Part shown: in pieces, positions 16,923 to 26,481 of the stretch
Numbering within the stretch: the stretch's first letter is position 1
How the letters are laid out: every line of letters begins with the position of its first letter
Program-made: the position numbers and the translations under genes
DNA from: Candidatus Levyibacteriota bacterium
GTDB taxonomy: Bacteria > Patescibacteriota > Microgenomatia > Levybacterales > UBA12049
Assembly (NCBI GenBank): GCA_963716145.1
Contig: OY970292.1
Span: 901,404 to 965,403 of the forward strand
Length of the DNA stretch: 64,000 bases
Reading direction: 5' to 3'
Notes under the pieces: model-generated
What the model was told of the DNA's origin: nothing
What the model saw: only the letters and a program-made list of their open reading frames with translations
Databases searched by the model: none

Positions 16923-17783
16923 TTAAAGCTCGCTGAGGGTGGTGGTGTCTTTTGCGCGGTCCTGAACGTATTCCAAATAACGCTCTGTGGTAGAAAGTCT
17001 TTTGTGGCCTAGAATCTTTGAAAGAAGGACGAGAGATACGCCATGCTTTAAGTGATGCGCAACGAATGTGTGTCTTAGGTCATTTACTTTGGCGTTTTCA
17101 ATGCCTGCGATCCTAAAGTACCGCTCAATAGCAGTTCTGATATTACGGACTAGGAAAGGCTTGCCTGATTTGGTTACGAAGATATGGTCATCTGTAATCT
17201 CGGGGCGAATTTTAAGGAATCTATCAAGTGCCTCTTTTGCCGATTTATTCATAGGAACTACTCTTTCAGCGTGTTTCTCATGAGGCGTGATCCTGAGTCC
17301 ATCCGGCTGAATGTCCGACATTCTGATATCAGCCAATTCTCCAATTCTTATTCCAGTTTGGAGTAAAAGCTCAATTATCGCATACATTCGTGCGTCATTA
17401 CGTGCTGCATCCCTAAGTGCCCTATATTCTGTAGGCTTAAGCATTCTTGGTGCTGCTAGTTCATATTGTGGGTGAGAGACGAGAAGTGATGGGTCATCGG
17501 TTACATACTCGTTAACTTTAAGAAAGCGGTAGAATGTACGGGTTGAGTTAAGCTTTCGTGATAAAGATTTGGGGGTATAGCCTTTGTCTGAAAGTGTACC
17601 CAGAAAAGCTTGAATATCATCTTTTGAGACTTCGTGGATGTGCTGTTTTTCAAGTTCTTCAAGAAAACTTGTGAGCTGATCAATGTCTTTTCCGTAGGCC
17701 AAAATTGTTGCACTTGAGTGCTTTTTGCTCTTGAGAAATTCCAAAAACTGTTTGTGTGCATCACGCACCTTTATTATATTCAT
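16923..17783 (-). CDS. XerC/XerD-like tyrosine recombinase
   Basis: SAM-like N domain; TGIRIGEL, NDLRHTF, LGH, TTERY. Confidence 0.9.
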   Translation of the reverse strand: MNIIKVRDAHKQFLEFLKSKKHSSATILAYGKDIDQLTSFLEELEKQHIHEVSKDDIQAFLGTLSDKGYTPKSLSRKLNSTRTFYRFLKVNEYVTDDPSLLVSHPQYELAAPRMLKPTEYRALRDAARNDARMYAIIELLLQTGIRIGELADIRMSDIQPDGLRITPHEKHAERVVPMNKSAKEALDRFLKIRPEITDDHIFVTKSGKPFLVRNIRTAIERYFRIAGIENAKVNDLRHTFVAHHLKHGVSLVLLSKILGHKRLSTTERYLEYVQDRAKDTTTLSEL

Positions 17784-17885
17784 AGAATACTAGATCCCAT
17801 AATATCACAAACCAATTATAAATTCAAGAAGCAAAATTAATCCCTTTGCAATGCCTTCAAAAAGGTATTATATTATAATACTATC

Positions 17886-18236
17886 ATGTCCCCAAAAAAA
17901 ATAGCATTTTTTATCATAATCATAGCCTCAATATTTATAATAAATAACCTTGTGCACTCGATATACACACTCTGGCAGAAAAAGCATTTGGTTGAGGACG
18001 TACGGCTGGAAGTTGAAAAAAATCAGCATGAAAACGAGGCTCTAAAGAGGAAGTTAAGCCAAATTGAGGAGCCGCAGTTTATTGAGGAGGAGGCTAGAAA
18101 TAAGCTTTTTTTGAGCAAGCCTGGGGAAGGTGTAATAGTTCTTTCGCAAAAAGACCTCGAAGCGACTCTGTCAGCAAAACCCAAGCCTCGGGATACAAGG
18201 CCAAATTGGAGAAAATGGTGGGAGCTATTTTTTTAA
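17886..18236 (+). CDS. Septum formation initiator (FtsB/DivIC-like)
   Basis: TM, coiled coil, FIEEEARNKLFLSKPGE. Confidence 0.85.
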   Translation: MSPKKIAFFIIIIASIFIINNLVHSIYTLWQKKHLVEDVRLEVEKNQHENEALKRKLSQIEEPQFIEEEARNKLFLSKPGEGVIVLSQKDLEATLSAKPKPRDTRPNWRKWWELFF

Positions 18237-18290
18237 AAGAGCATCATTTCACGCTCTTGACTATAAGATTACCGCTGTTATAATCGTGCA

Positions 18291-19217
18291 ATGAGAAAAG
18301 AGCAAAGCGGAGCCCCTCAAAACTATCAAGACAGTGCATACGCGCTCGCTTCTGGATTGGCAAAATGTAAGCGTAACAAGTTGATCTCAAGGGAAGAAGC
18401 GAGAGCAGCAAGGCGTGATAGGCGCTCAGCAAGACAAGTCAGAAAAGAAACATTACTTTATCTTCGAGGGGCTCCAATAGAAGAGTTGAGTCACCTTTCG
18501 GATTTTGATCAGGCGAGAATTGATTCTAGATTGGTAGAACTTACTGCTCAAGATGCAAGTGTTTTGGAGAGTAAGAAGGATCAATTTTCCAACTTGGACC
18601 GAACAAAACTCTTATTTAAAGCCAAGGCTGGACGTAGAAGCGGTTTGACAAAAGAAGAAAGAGCAGAAATGTATAAAGATGCGGGATACACAGATTTACA
18701 AATACAAGGATTAACCGGCAAACAACGTCTTTCTGCTCTACTGGCAACAGGTATATTATCAGGTGCTTCAGAAGGAGCAAGAGCAGTAGCTACGACCCAC
18801 CCAGATCTCATTCCCTATTTAGATCATTTATCGGGGAGAAGCGGAACAATTGCATCATCGGCAGCACTTGGATTATATAGCCTTTCTTATGGTTTATTTG
18901 CCTGGCAAAACCTTCGTTTCGCTAGGGAAGGATTCGCAAGCGGTAATACATTTCTTACAGAGATATATCTTGGTGGAGACATGTTGTTTCCAGACAATAT
19001 TCGGGATTTGCTAGCTTGGGGCGCGCCGGTTGCAGGAACTTTATTTACACATGGTGCATTACTTACTGCTGCAATTGAAGGAACAACAGGCAACACTAAA
19101 AGCGTTATTGCGGGTAATTTAGCAGGCGCTGGCGCAAATGCTTTATATTTAGCTGGAGGAGAGGCAATACTAAACCGAAAGAAAAAAAGAAAATCAAATC
19201 CTCAACCCGAGCCATAA
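18291..19217 (+). CDS. Hypothetical membrane protein
   Basis: 308 aa; basic N-terminus, Gly/Ala-rich hydrophobic helices; own promoter TTGACT...TGT-TATAAT. Confidence 0.6.
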   Translation: MRKEQSGAPQNYQDSAYALASGLAKCKRNKLISREEARAARRDRRSARQVRKETLLYLRGAPIEELSHLSDFDQARIDSRLVELTAQDASVLESKKDQFSNLDRTKLLFKAKAGRRSGLTKEERAEMYKDAGYTDLQIQGLTGKQRLSALLATGILSGASEGARAVATTHPDLIPYLDHLSGRSGTIASSAALGLYSLSYGLFAWQNLRFAREGFASGNTFLTEIYLGGDMLFPDNIRDLLAWGAPVAGTLFTHGALLTAAIEGTTGNTKSVIAGNLAGAGANALYLAGGEAILNRKKKRKSNPQPEP

Positions 19218-19268
19218 TATTACTCCCAATTTTTAATTTCCATCTCTTTTCTCAATGTTTCAAGTTTT

Positions 19269-19613
19269 CTACCATAACTCCACAAACATACCTTTACTCA
19301 GAAGTTCCTGTTCGCGTAAATGGCTGAGGTTTTCAATAACAAGGCCAGTTGCTGATGATATAGTTTGGATAAAGGGCTGGGGCATAAAACGCGCGCATGC
19401 TTTCCATTCTCCAACGTGCTGCGCGTATTCACTGGCAAAAAATCCGTTGAGAATTTCTACAATAGGCATTAGCTCATTATAAGAGAGCTTTTCTTCATTT
19501 TTAACTTGTTTACTTTGGTAATGAAATAATTTCCACTCTTTGTTATCAGCTTCATAAATCCGCATGATTATCTCTGTAGGTTCGAGAAGAAGAATTCCAT
19601 ATTTTTGCCTCAT
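19269..19613 (-). CDS. Hypothetical protein
   Basis: 114-aa ORF ending LREQELLSKGMFVELW. Confidence 0.6.
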   Translation of the reverse strand: MRQKYGILLLEPTEIIMRIYEADNKEWKLFHYQSKQVKNEEKLSYNELMPIVEILNGFFASEYAQHVGEWKACARFMPQPFIQTISSATGLVIENLSHLREQELLSKGMFVELW

Positions 19614-19661
19614 ATATCTAATAATATTAGAGATTTATCTAATATGTCAAGAGGTAAGATG

Positions 19662-19982
19662 TCAAGATTTGGATTTTTTTAGGAGTTTTTTAACTTCCGC
19701 AAGCTCTCTTTCTATTGAAAGCAGTTTGGTTGTAACATTAGCTTCATCAATATTTTCCTGTGTAAAATAACTGAGCGGGCGTTTTGTGACGCTGGCGATT
19801 TGCCTAAGTTTGGTAAGAGGCGGAATACTTCGCCCTTTTTCATACGAAGAAACAGATTTGTCTGACAAGCCAATGCCGCGACCTAAAGCGTTTTGTGAAA
19901 GACGAGCATCTCTTCTTGCTGCTCGGATGCGTCGGGCCAGCTCCTGCACATGCCTCTGTTTTTTTAGATCGACATTTGTCAT
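19662..19982 (-). CDS. XRE-family HTH regulator
   Basis: RIRAARRDARLSQNALGRGIGLSDKSVSSYEKGRSIP. Confidence 0.88.
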   Translation of the reverse strand: MTNVDLKKQRHVQELARRIRAARRDARLSQNALGRGIGLSDKSVSSYEKGRSIPPLTKLRQIASVTKRPLSYFTQENIDEANVTTKLLSIERELAEVKKLLKKSKS

Positions 19983-20003
19983 ACGCCTTATTATACTATA
20001 GTC

Positions 20004-20705
20004 ATGAAGAGAAATCTAAAGCTAAAAAAGCTGCGTATAAAAGACTTACCGTTCTCATCCCGTCCTCAAGAAAAATTATTAAATAAAGGCCACGAAAATC
20101 TATCCGACGCAGAACTATTGGCAATCTTACTCGGAACAGGTTCTGCAAAGCAGAATGCGATATTGTTAAGTCGGACATTATTAAACAGTTTTCCACTCAA
20201 AAAACTGTCCAAAACTTCTATTTCAGATCTGGTTAAGATTTCAGGAATAGGGAAATCAAAAGCAACCAGGATTTTGGCCGCGCTTGAGTTGGGAGAGCGT
20301 GTTTTTGCTCCTTCACTGCTCACAAAAACAACTATCAGAGGGGCAGGAGACCTTTTGTCACACCTTAAAGATATTGCAGACAAACGCCAAGAATACTTAG
20401 TCGTTTTTTATCTAAACGCGAGGCATGAGCTGCTGCAAAAGGAAATCATAGGGCAGGGAAGTCTGAATAATATGTTAATTACGCCAAAGGAGGTTTTTTC
20501 ACCGGCTCTGATCACACCCTGCGCTTCAATTATGGTGGCGCACAATCATCCATCAGGTGATCCAACTCCATCTGAGGATGATGTCAGTTTTACCACCAGA
20601 ATCCACGAAGCAGGAGAAGTAATTGGAATTCCTCTTATTGATCATGTAATTGTTGCAAGGTCGGACTATTTTTCTTTCAGGGATGGAAAAAAGGAAAAGA
20701 TCTAA
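20004..20705 (+). CDS. radC: RadC/JAB-domain protein
   Basis: RPQEKL, LSDAELLAILLGTG, GIGKSKA, AHNHPSGDPTPSEDD, LIDHVI. Confidence 0.93.
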   Translation: MKRNLKLKKLRIKDLPFSSRPQEKLLNKGHENLSDAELLAILLGTGSAKQNAILLSRTLLNSFPLKKLSKTSISDLVKISGIGKSKATRILAALELGERVFAPSLLTKTTIRGAGDLLSHLKDIADKRQEYLVVFYLNARHELLQKEIIGQGSLNNMLITPKEVFSPALITPCASIMVAHNHPSGDPTPSEDDVSFTTRIHEAGEVIGIPLIDHVIVARSDYFSFRDGKKEKI

Positions 20706-20986
20706 AGACTTAGTTTGAGGATTTGAATTTTTTTGAGCCTGGTCCAACCTTTAATCTGTCTTTCTCTTTTCAAGGCCTCCGATTTTGAATTTAATTGCTC
20801 AAGGTAAATTCTTTTTATTGGTTTGTGTGATCTAGTATATTTAGCACCACTTCCATTAATATGGTCAGCAAGTCTGGCATTGGGCTTATTTGAGTAGCCT
20901 GTGTAAAGACTTTTGTCCGAACAAACTAGGACGTATACGTACCATAAGCCCTTCGGCAGGCTCAGGGCACTTCGACTTTCTAGCAT
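20702..20986 (-). CDS. GIY-YIG nuclease (UPF0213-like)
   Basis: WYVYVLVCSDKSLYTGY, RLADH..GSGAKYT, ALKRERQIKGW. Confidence 0.9.
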   Translation of the reverse strand: MLESRSALSLPKGLWYVYVLVCSDKSLYTGYSNKPNARLADHINGSGAKYTRSHKPIKRIYLEQLNSKSEALKRERQIKGWTRLKKIQILKLSL

Positions 20987-21060
20987 AATTCAACGTTATC
21001 ATAAAAACCCATGACATTCTATTATGTGCTTGCGCTGAGCGAACGTAGTGAGTCGAAGTG
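20948..21060. repeat. Inverted REP-like repeats at the 5' end of the GIY-YIG gene
   Basis: CACTTCGACT (20968-77)/AGTCGAAGTG (21051-60) are exact inverted copies; GCTCAGGGCA (20960-69)/TGCGCTGAGC (21031-40) differ by one base. Confidence 0.65.
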
Positions 21061-21133
21061 TACCAGGGGTGGGAGTTGAACCCACGGTCGCCGGTTTATG
21101 AATCCGGAGCTTTAACCACTAAGCTACCCTGGC
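21061..21133 (-). tRNA. tRNA-CAT, probably elongator Met (Ile2 not excluded), no CCA
   Basis: Minus strand GCCAGGG...CCGGA-TTCATAA-ACCGG...GTGGG-TTCAACT-CCCAC-CCCTGGT-A. Confidence 0.88.
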
Positions 21134-21226
21134 GCGATGCTGAAAGTATATCAATTGACCGTAGCTAAATCAAATGTTATACTAGTAAGCACAATGTTGG
21201 CAAAATCAACGGATTTTGAAACAAGA

Positions 21227-21295
21227 CGCGGGGTAGTGTACGGTGCACGTGAGGCTCATAATCTTACAGATAAGGTTCAACTCCTTACCCCGCAA
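21227..21295 (+). tRNA. Initiator tRNA-fMet (CAT), atypical
   Basis: CGCGGGG/CCCCGCA acceptor with C1:A72 mismatch; TGAGG-CTCATAA-TCTTA; TAAGG-TTCAACT-CCTTA. Confidence 0.82.
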
Positions 21296-21317
21296 CAAAA
21301 ATAACTTGCTTCCAACT

Positions 21318-21686
21318 ATGCGTGATTTTTTTGATAAAATTTCAAATAAGGTCTCAAGAGCAATGGGTACTCCATGGTCTTTCTTCGTTGCAATATCTGT
21401 AATAATTATCTGGGCAATTTCAGGCCCACTTTTTCATTTTTCAGACACATGGCAATTGGTTATCAATACCGGAACAACGATTGTCACATTTTTGATGGTT
21501 TTTCTCATTCAAAATAGTCAGAATAGAGACTCAGAATCAATGGAGCTGAAATTGAACGAGATTATACGAGCAATCAGAGAGGCAAGAAATGATTTTATTG
21601 ATCTGGAGGAAATGTCCGAGGACCAGATGGATAAATTTCAAGAAGAGTTCCGGCAACTTGCCAAAAAAAGACTTAAGATAAAATAA
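21318..21686 (+). CDS. Low-affinity iron permease (Fet4-like) family protein
   Basis: GPLFHFSDTWQLVINTGTTIVTFLMVFLIQNSQNRD...LKLNE; start 21318, after the tRNA. Confidence 0.9.
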   Translation: MRDFFDKISNKVSRAMGTPWSFFVAISVIIIWAISGPLFHFSDTWQLVINTGTTIVTFLMVFLIQNSQNRDSESMELKLNEIIRAIREARNDFIDLEEMSEDQMDKFQEEFRQLAKKRLKIK

Positions 21687-21708
21687 ATCTTATCCTCTAA
21701 ATGCTAGT

Positions 21709-22506
21709 ATGAAAAATAATCCTATTGGAATTCTCGATTCAGGGCTTGGAGGCCTAACGATTTGGAACGAAATTGCCGCACAATTGCCTAACGAATCTAC
21801 TATTTATATTGCGGATTCATTAAATTGTCCTTACGGAAGTAAGGATAAGGATCAAATATACAAAATGAGTAGGAGCATGATTAAATTTTTGCTGAAAAAA
21901 GACGCAAAGCTTATTGTTATTGCCTGTAACACAATCACCGTTTCCTGTTTGGATAAGCTGAGAATTGACTTTCCCAAAATTCCAATTGTTGGCACAGTAC
22001 CGGTAATAAAAACAGCAGCATCAATGACCAAAAACAAACGTATCGGGGTTTTGGCGACTAGTAGAACAGCAAATAGTTCATATCAAAAAGAACTTATCAA
22101 AAGATTTGCCAAAGACTGTACGGTTTTTAGTCACGGGACAGATGAGTTGGTGCCAATGATTGAAAAAGGAGAAATAACTGGTGAAAAAATTGAAAAAAAA
22201 CTGCAAACTGTTTTGGCAAAATTTCAAAAAAAGCAAATCGACATTCTTGCGCTTGGATGTTCACATTTTCCATTTTTGGAGCCTGAAATAGAAAAAATAT
22301 TGGGAAATGGCGTATTACTCCTTGATTCGGCAGGCGCTATAGCAAGACAAGTTAAAAGAGTCCTGGAGCACAATGATAGTTTGGTAAAAAGCGGTAATTC
22401 TAGTTATAAATTTTTTACAACAGGGAACATAGGAGTATTTAGAAAAATTACAAAAGAGTTGGGAAGAGATACAATAATAGGGAATATTGAAAATATAAAA
22501 ATATGA
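21709..22506 (+). CDS. murI: Glutamate racemase
   Basis: DSGLGGLT, PYGSK, IACNT, LGCSHFP. Confidence 0.95.
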   Translation: MKNNPIGILDSGLGGLTIWNEIAAQLPNESTIYIADSLNCPYGSKDKDQIYKMSRSMIKFLLKKDAKLIVIACNTITVSCLDKLRIDFPKIPIVGTVPVIKTAASMTKNKRIGVLATSRTANSSYQKELIKRFAKDCTVFSHGTDELVPMIEKGEITGEKIEKKLQTVLAKFQKKQIDILALGCSHFPFLEPEIEKILGNGVLLLDSAGAIARQVKRVLEHNDSLVKSGNSSYKFFTTGNIGVFRKITKELGRDTIIGNIENIKI

Positions 22507-23873
22507 TTAATGATTTAAAGAATAAAAAAATTGCAATACTGGGACTTGGGGTTGAGGGAATATCAGTTATTGAATATCTGTATAAAAAAGGAATTAGTGT
22601 TATTGTATTAGATATAAAGACAAAGGAAGAATTTGATGCGGAAATTCTGGATAAAGCAAAAGAATTCAAAGCAGATCTCATTCTGGGTAGAAATTATCTT
22701 GAAAACCTTTCAAGGTTTGATATTGTCTTTAGAACACCCGGAATTAGACTGGATATCGTAGAGAGTGCAATAAAACAAAAAGAAACCGTTATCACATCTC
22801 TGACAAAACTCTTTTTTGAGCTTTGTCCATGTCCAATTATCGGTGTGACAGGAACAAAAGGAAAAGGAACTACGGCTAGCTTGATATATGAAATGTTGAA
22901 AGAGGCAGGAAGAGATGTTTACTTGGGTGGAAATATTGGTACCCCGCCTTTAGATTTTTTGGATAAGTTGGACAAAGATTCAATCGTTGTTCTTGAGTTA
23001 TCAAGTTTTCAGCTTCAGGATTTGGGTAAAAGTCCTCATATTGCGGTAATGCTGATGACAACCAGTGAGCACCTGGATCACCATAAAGACACTTTAGAAT
23101 ACGTTGATGCAAAGCGAAATATTTTGAGGTTTCAAAATTCATCGGATTTCGCGATTGTAAATCGGGATTACCCGGCAAGTAACGAATCAGACATCTATTC
23201 CGATGGGAAAGTTTTTTATGTGTCGCGCGAGAGAGCCGGTCAGAGCGGTTCATTTATCCGGGATGAGGTAATGTGGATGCAGACTGACGGGAATGAAAAG
23301 AAAATTATTGACATCAAAGACATTCTTCTTCCGGGAAAGCATAATTTGGAAAACGCAGCAGCCGCTTCTCTGGCAGCTCATTTAGAAGGAGTTGGGCGGG
23401 AACAAATCGTAAGGGTGTTAAAATCTTTCAAAGGTCTGGAGCATCGCTTGGAGTTAATTAGAGAAGTAGAGGGGGTCAAGTATTATGACGATTCTTTTTC
23501 TACCACTCCCGAAACAGCAATTGCCGCGATTGAGGCCTTTTCCGAGCCTGAAATTCTGATCTTGGGAGGGTCGAGCAAGAATAGTGATTTTACAGAGCTT
23601 GGAAAAGTGATAAGTAACGCCAAAAATATAAAAGCAATTATAGGGATTGGGGATGAATGGCATCGCATGAAAGCGGAATTTCCAATTTCCAATTTCCAAT
23701 TTCCAATTATTGAAGACGCAAGAGATATGAAGACAATTGTTTTGGCAGCAAGTAAAATTGCCGCGCCCGGGGACGTAGTTTTGCTATCTCCAGCGTGTGC
23801 TAGCTTTGGGATGTTCGAAAATTACAAAGACCGTGGGGAGCAGTTCAAAAAAGAAGTTTTAATGCTGTCTTGA
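22503..23873 (+). CDS. murD: UDP-MurNAc-L-Ala:D-Glu ligase
   Basis: GVTGTKGKGTT, GGNIG, ELSSFQL, HRLE, LLSPACASF. Contains (AATTTCC)x4 at 23677-23704. Confidence 0.95.
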   Translation: MINDLKNKKIAILGLGVEGISVIEYLYKKGISVIVLDIKTKEEFDAEILDKAKEFKADLILGRNYLENLSRFDIVFRTPGIRLDIVESAIKQKETVITSLTKLFFELCPCPIIGVTGTKGKGTTASLIYEMLKEAGRDVYLGGNIGTPPLDFLDKLDKDSIVVLELSSFQLQDLGKSPHIAVMLMTTSEHLDHHKDTLEYVDAKRNILRFQNSSDFAIVNRDYPASNESDIYSDGKVFYVSRERAGQSGSFIRDEVMWMQTDGNEKKIIDIKDILLPGKHNLENAAAASLAAHLEGVGREQIVRVLKSFKGLEHRLELIREVEGVKYYDDSFSTTPETAIAAIEAFSEPEILILGGSSKNSDFTELGKVISNAKNIKAIIGIGDEWHRMKAEFPISNFQFPIIEDARDMKTIVLAASKIAAPGDVVLLSPACASFGMFENYKDRGEQFKKEVLMLS

Positions 23874-24347
23874 TCTGGATGGAATAAATCTTCCTTCCTT
23901 GAAGGCTGCATTGATTGCCCTATTAAGCCGTGGTATTACGCCTGACATTTGGAAACGTTCACGGGTGAAAACATCTTTATGTATTCCTACTACAACTATT
24001 GCGTCTGCATGAGGGTAAGCCCGAACACTCATTTCTCTACAGCCCTCTTTTATCTCATCCCATATAACTGTAGTTACAACTGCTCCATCCGTATCAACGC
24101 TAAAAAATTTTTGATTGGCTTCGTTAGTCGGCTCAATATCAGTATTTAGCATTTTTAATCCTGGTAATCCAAGATTTTCTGCCCGTAAAGCTGCAAGCAT
24201 TTCGAATACGCCTTTTTCAGCCATTAGACCTATCCCAGCTTTAATAGCCTCTGGTTTGTTCTCTTGTTGTATGCCTTTAAATTCATTTTCAGCGCTAGCT
24301 CTTCTAGCTCTCATGTGATGAGCACCGCGCACATTTTCAAGTTTCAT
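23859..24347 (-). CDS. Hypothetical protein
   Basis: 162-aa ORF filling the murD-ftsH gap; TATAAT upstream on the minus strand. Confidence 0.55.
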   Translation of the reverse strand: MKLENVRGAHHMRARRASAENEFKGIQQENKPEAIKAGIGLMAEKGVFEMLAALRAENLGLPGLKMLNTDIEPTNEANQKFFSVDTDGAVVTTVIWDEIKEGCREMSVRAYPHADAIVVVGIHKDVFTRERFQMSGVIPRLNRAINAAFKEGRFIPSRSRQH

Positions 24348-24516
24348 ACTAATTTGTTATTATACAGCTAAAAATTAAAAATGCAAGTGCTATAGGTCTT
24401 TTAGTGAATTTTTTGGCTAAAGTTTTGTTGGCGACCAAAATTAAAAAACTTCCAACTTTCAGTCCTAATTTGGGACTGGCATAGGCTCAGATTTTGTGAT
24501 ATACTATAAAAATTCT

Positions 24517-26394
24517 ATGGCAGCGAATGGTAAAAGGCACTCTTCAAACGGCAGGAAAAGAACAATAAAACTTAAGGCTAAATTCTCCTGGAAAAACTTT
24601 TTCCTTTATGGTTTATTGGTTGTTTTCTCCCTTTTCGTCTTTTCAGCATTAAGCGCATCAAGCGAGGACAAGAAAACAGTATCTCTTTCGCAAGTAATTA
24701 CTGATGTTAAAAAAGGTCAAGTATCCCAAATATCAATTTCAGGCGATAAGCTGACAATTACTGAGAAAAACGGAAATGTTGTCCAGGCATTTAAAGAGCC
24801 CGGGTCCAATGTATATACTATTTTTAAAGACGCGGGTATTTCTTTGGGCGAGGCAAAGATCACAGTTAAGGATGATACCGGCTTAAACAGTTGGATCAAT
24901 ATAGCATCAGCTATTTTACCGGTTGTTTTGATGATCGCGTTTTTCTACTTCATTTTTCGTCAAGCTCGTGGAACTCAGGAAGGTATTTTTTCTTTTGGTC
25001 AGTCCCGCGCTAAGCTTTTTAACCGTGACAATCCAAAAGTCACATTTAAAGACGTTGCGGGGGTTGATGAGGCCAAACAGGAATTAAGCGAGATTGTCGA
25101 TTTTCTAAAAAATCCTAAGAAGTATACAGATCTGGGAGCACGTACTCCAAAAGGTGTCTTAATGGTAGGACCTGCGGGGACTGGAAAAACTCTTTTAGCC
25201 CGCGCTACAGCAGGTGAGGCGCATGTTTCATTTTTCTCAATGGCAGGATCTGAATTTATGGAGATGCTGGTTGGGGTTGGCGCCTCAAGAGTGCGTGATT
25301 TGTTTAACACTGCCAAAAAGGCTCAGCCGTCGATAATCTTTATTGATGAGGTTGATGCGATTGGGCGCCAGCGGGGTGTGGGTATGATGGGAGGACACGA
25401 TGAGCGTGAGCAGACCCTGAATCAGATTCTGGTTGAGATGGATGGATTTACTCCAAATGAACACGTAATCGTTATGGCAGCAACCAATAGACCTGATGTG
25501 TTGGATCCGGCACTTGTCAGGCCCGGGCGTTTTGACAGACGCGTTGTGCTTGATTTGCCTGATGTTGAAGGACGCAAAAAAATTCTGGCAATTCATGCCC
25601 AGGGAAAACCATTTGACGCAAATGTCAATTGGGAAAAAGTTGCCAAAAGAACAGTAGGATTTTCAGGAGCTGATCTTGAAAACATGCTTAACGAAGCAGC
25701 AATCGCGGCAGCCAGGCACAGCAAGAAGGCAATTGATATGGCAGATCTTGAAGAATCTGCGACCAGGGTAAAGCTCGGTCCTGAGAAAAAAAGACTGCAA
25801 TCAGACCATGACCGCAAGATGACAGCTTATCACGAAGCAGGACATGCTTTGGTTGCATGGGAAATGCCACACGTTGATCCGATCCACAGGATTTCAATCG
25901 TATCCCGTGGCATGAGTCTTGGACATACAATGACTGAGCCTATTGAAAGAGTTCATGAAACAAAAGCTCATCTTCTTGAGCAGATTGCAGTCATGATGGG
26001 AGGACGTGCCGCTGAGAGTCTTGTTTTTGAAGACGTCACAACCGGTGCATCAGATGACATTGATAAAGCAACTCAGGTGGCTCGCGCTATGGTAACCAAA
26101 TTCGGAATGAGTGATTTGGGACCAATTACTTATGACGCGCAAAAGTCAGTTTATGAGCAAAGTGATGTATCTCCTGAAATGGCTGCAAAAATTGATGGAG
26201 AGGTAAAAAAGATCGCAGAAACTGCCTACAAACAAGCAAGTGAGATTTTGGCAAAACTCCGCAAGAAACTTGACGTACTGGCTGCGGAACTTCTTGTAAA
26301 AGAGACAATAGAATCGGATGATTTTATAAAGTTAATTGGTATCAAAAAGGTCCTCGCAACAGCTCCGGCAAAGGGATCAACCAGGCTCAGCTAA
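24517..26394 (+). CDS. ftsH: ATP-dependent zinc metalloprotease FtsH
   Basis: Two TMs; GPAGTGKT; IDEVDA; RPGRFDR; HEAGH. Confidence 0.97.
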   Translation: MAANGKRHSSNGRKRTIKLKAKFSWKNFFLYGLLVVFSLFVFSALSASSEDKKTVSLSQVITDVKKGQVSQISISGDKLTITEKNGNVVQAFKEPGSNVYTIFKDAGISLGEAKITVKDDTGLNSWINIASAILPVVLMIAFFYFIFRQARGTQEGIFSFGQSRAKLFNRDNPKVTFKDVAGVDEAKQELSEIVDFLKNPKKYTDLGARTPKGVLMVGPAGTGKTLLARATAGEAHVSFFSMAGSEFMEMLVGVGASRVRDLFNTAKKAQPSIIFIDEVDAIGRQRGVGMMGGHDEREQTLNQILVEMDGFTPNEHVIVMAATNRPDVLDPALVRPGRFDRRVVLDLPDVEGRKKILAIHAQGKPFDANVNWEKVAKRTVGFSGADLENMLNEAAIAAARHSKKAIDMADLEESATRVKLGPEKKRLQSDHDRKMTAYHEAGHALVAWEMPHVDPIHRISIVSRGMSLGHTMTEPIERVHETKAHLLEQIAVMMGGRAAESLVFEDVTTGASDDIDKATQVARAMVTKFGMSDLGPITYDAQKSVYEQSDVSPEMAAKIDGEVKKIAETAYKQASEILAKLRKKLDVLAAELLVKETIESDDFIKLIGIKKVLATAPAKGSTRLS

Positions 26395-26481
26395 TTTCCT
26401 TCCCCAGTTTCCATCTCTGTTCAAGCAGTTAATTTATCTCCAATAGTCATCAACAAAAAGCCTCCGTGATATAATTGCTTC

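Noticed and set aside
13094-21133. Integrative element (VirD4 + tyrosine recombinase + XRE + RadC between tRNAs)
   Set aside because: No duplicated tRNA end noticed, no relaxase or VirB4, and a cell-division gene (divIC-like) lies inside; looks like core chromosome.
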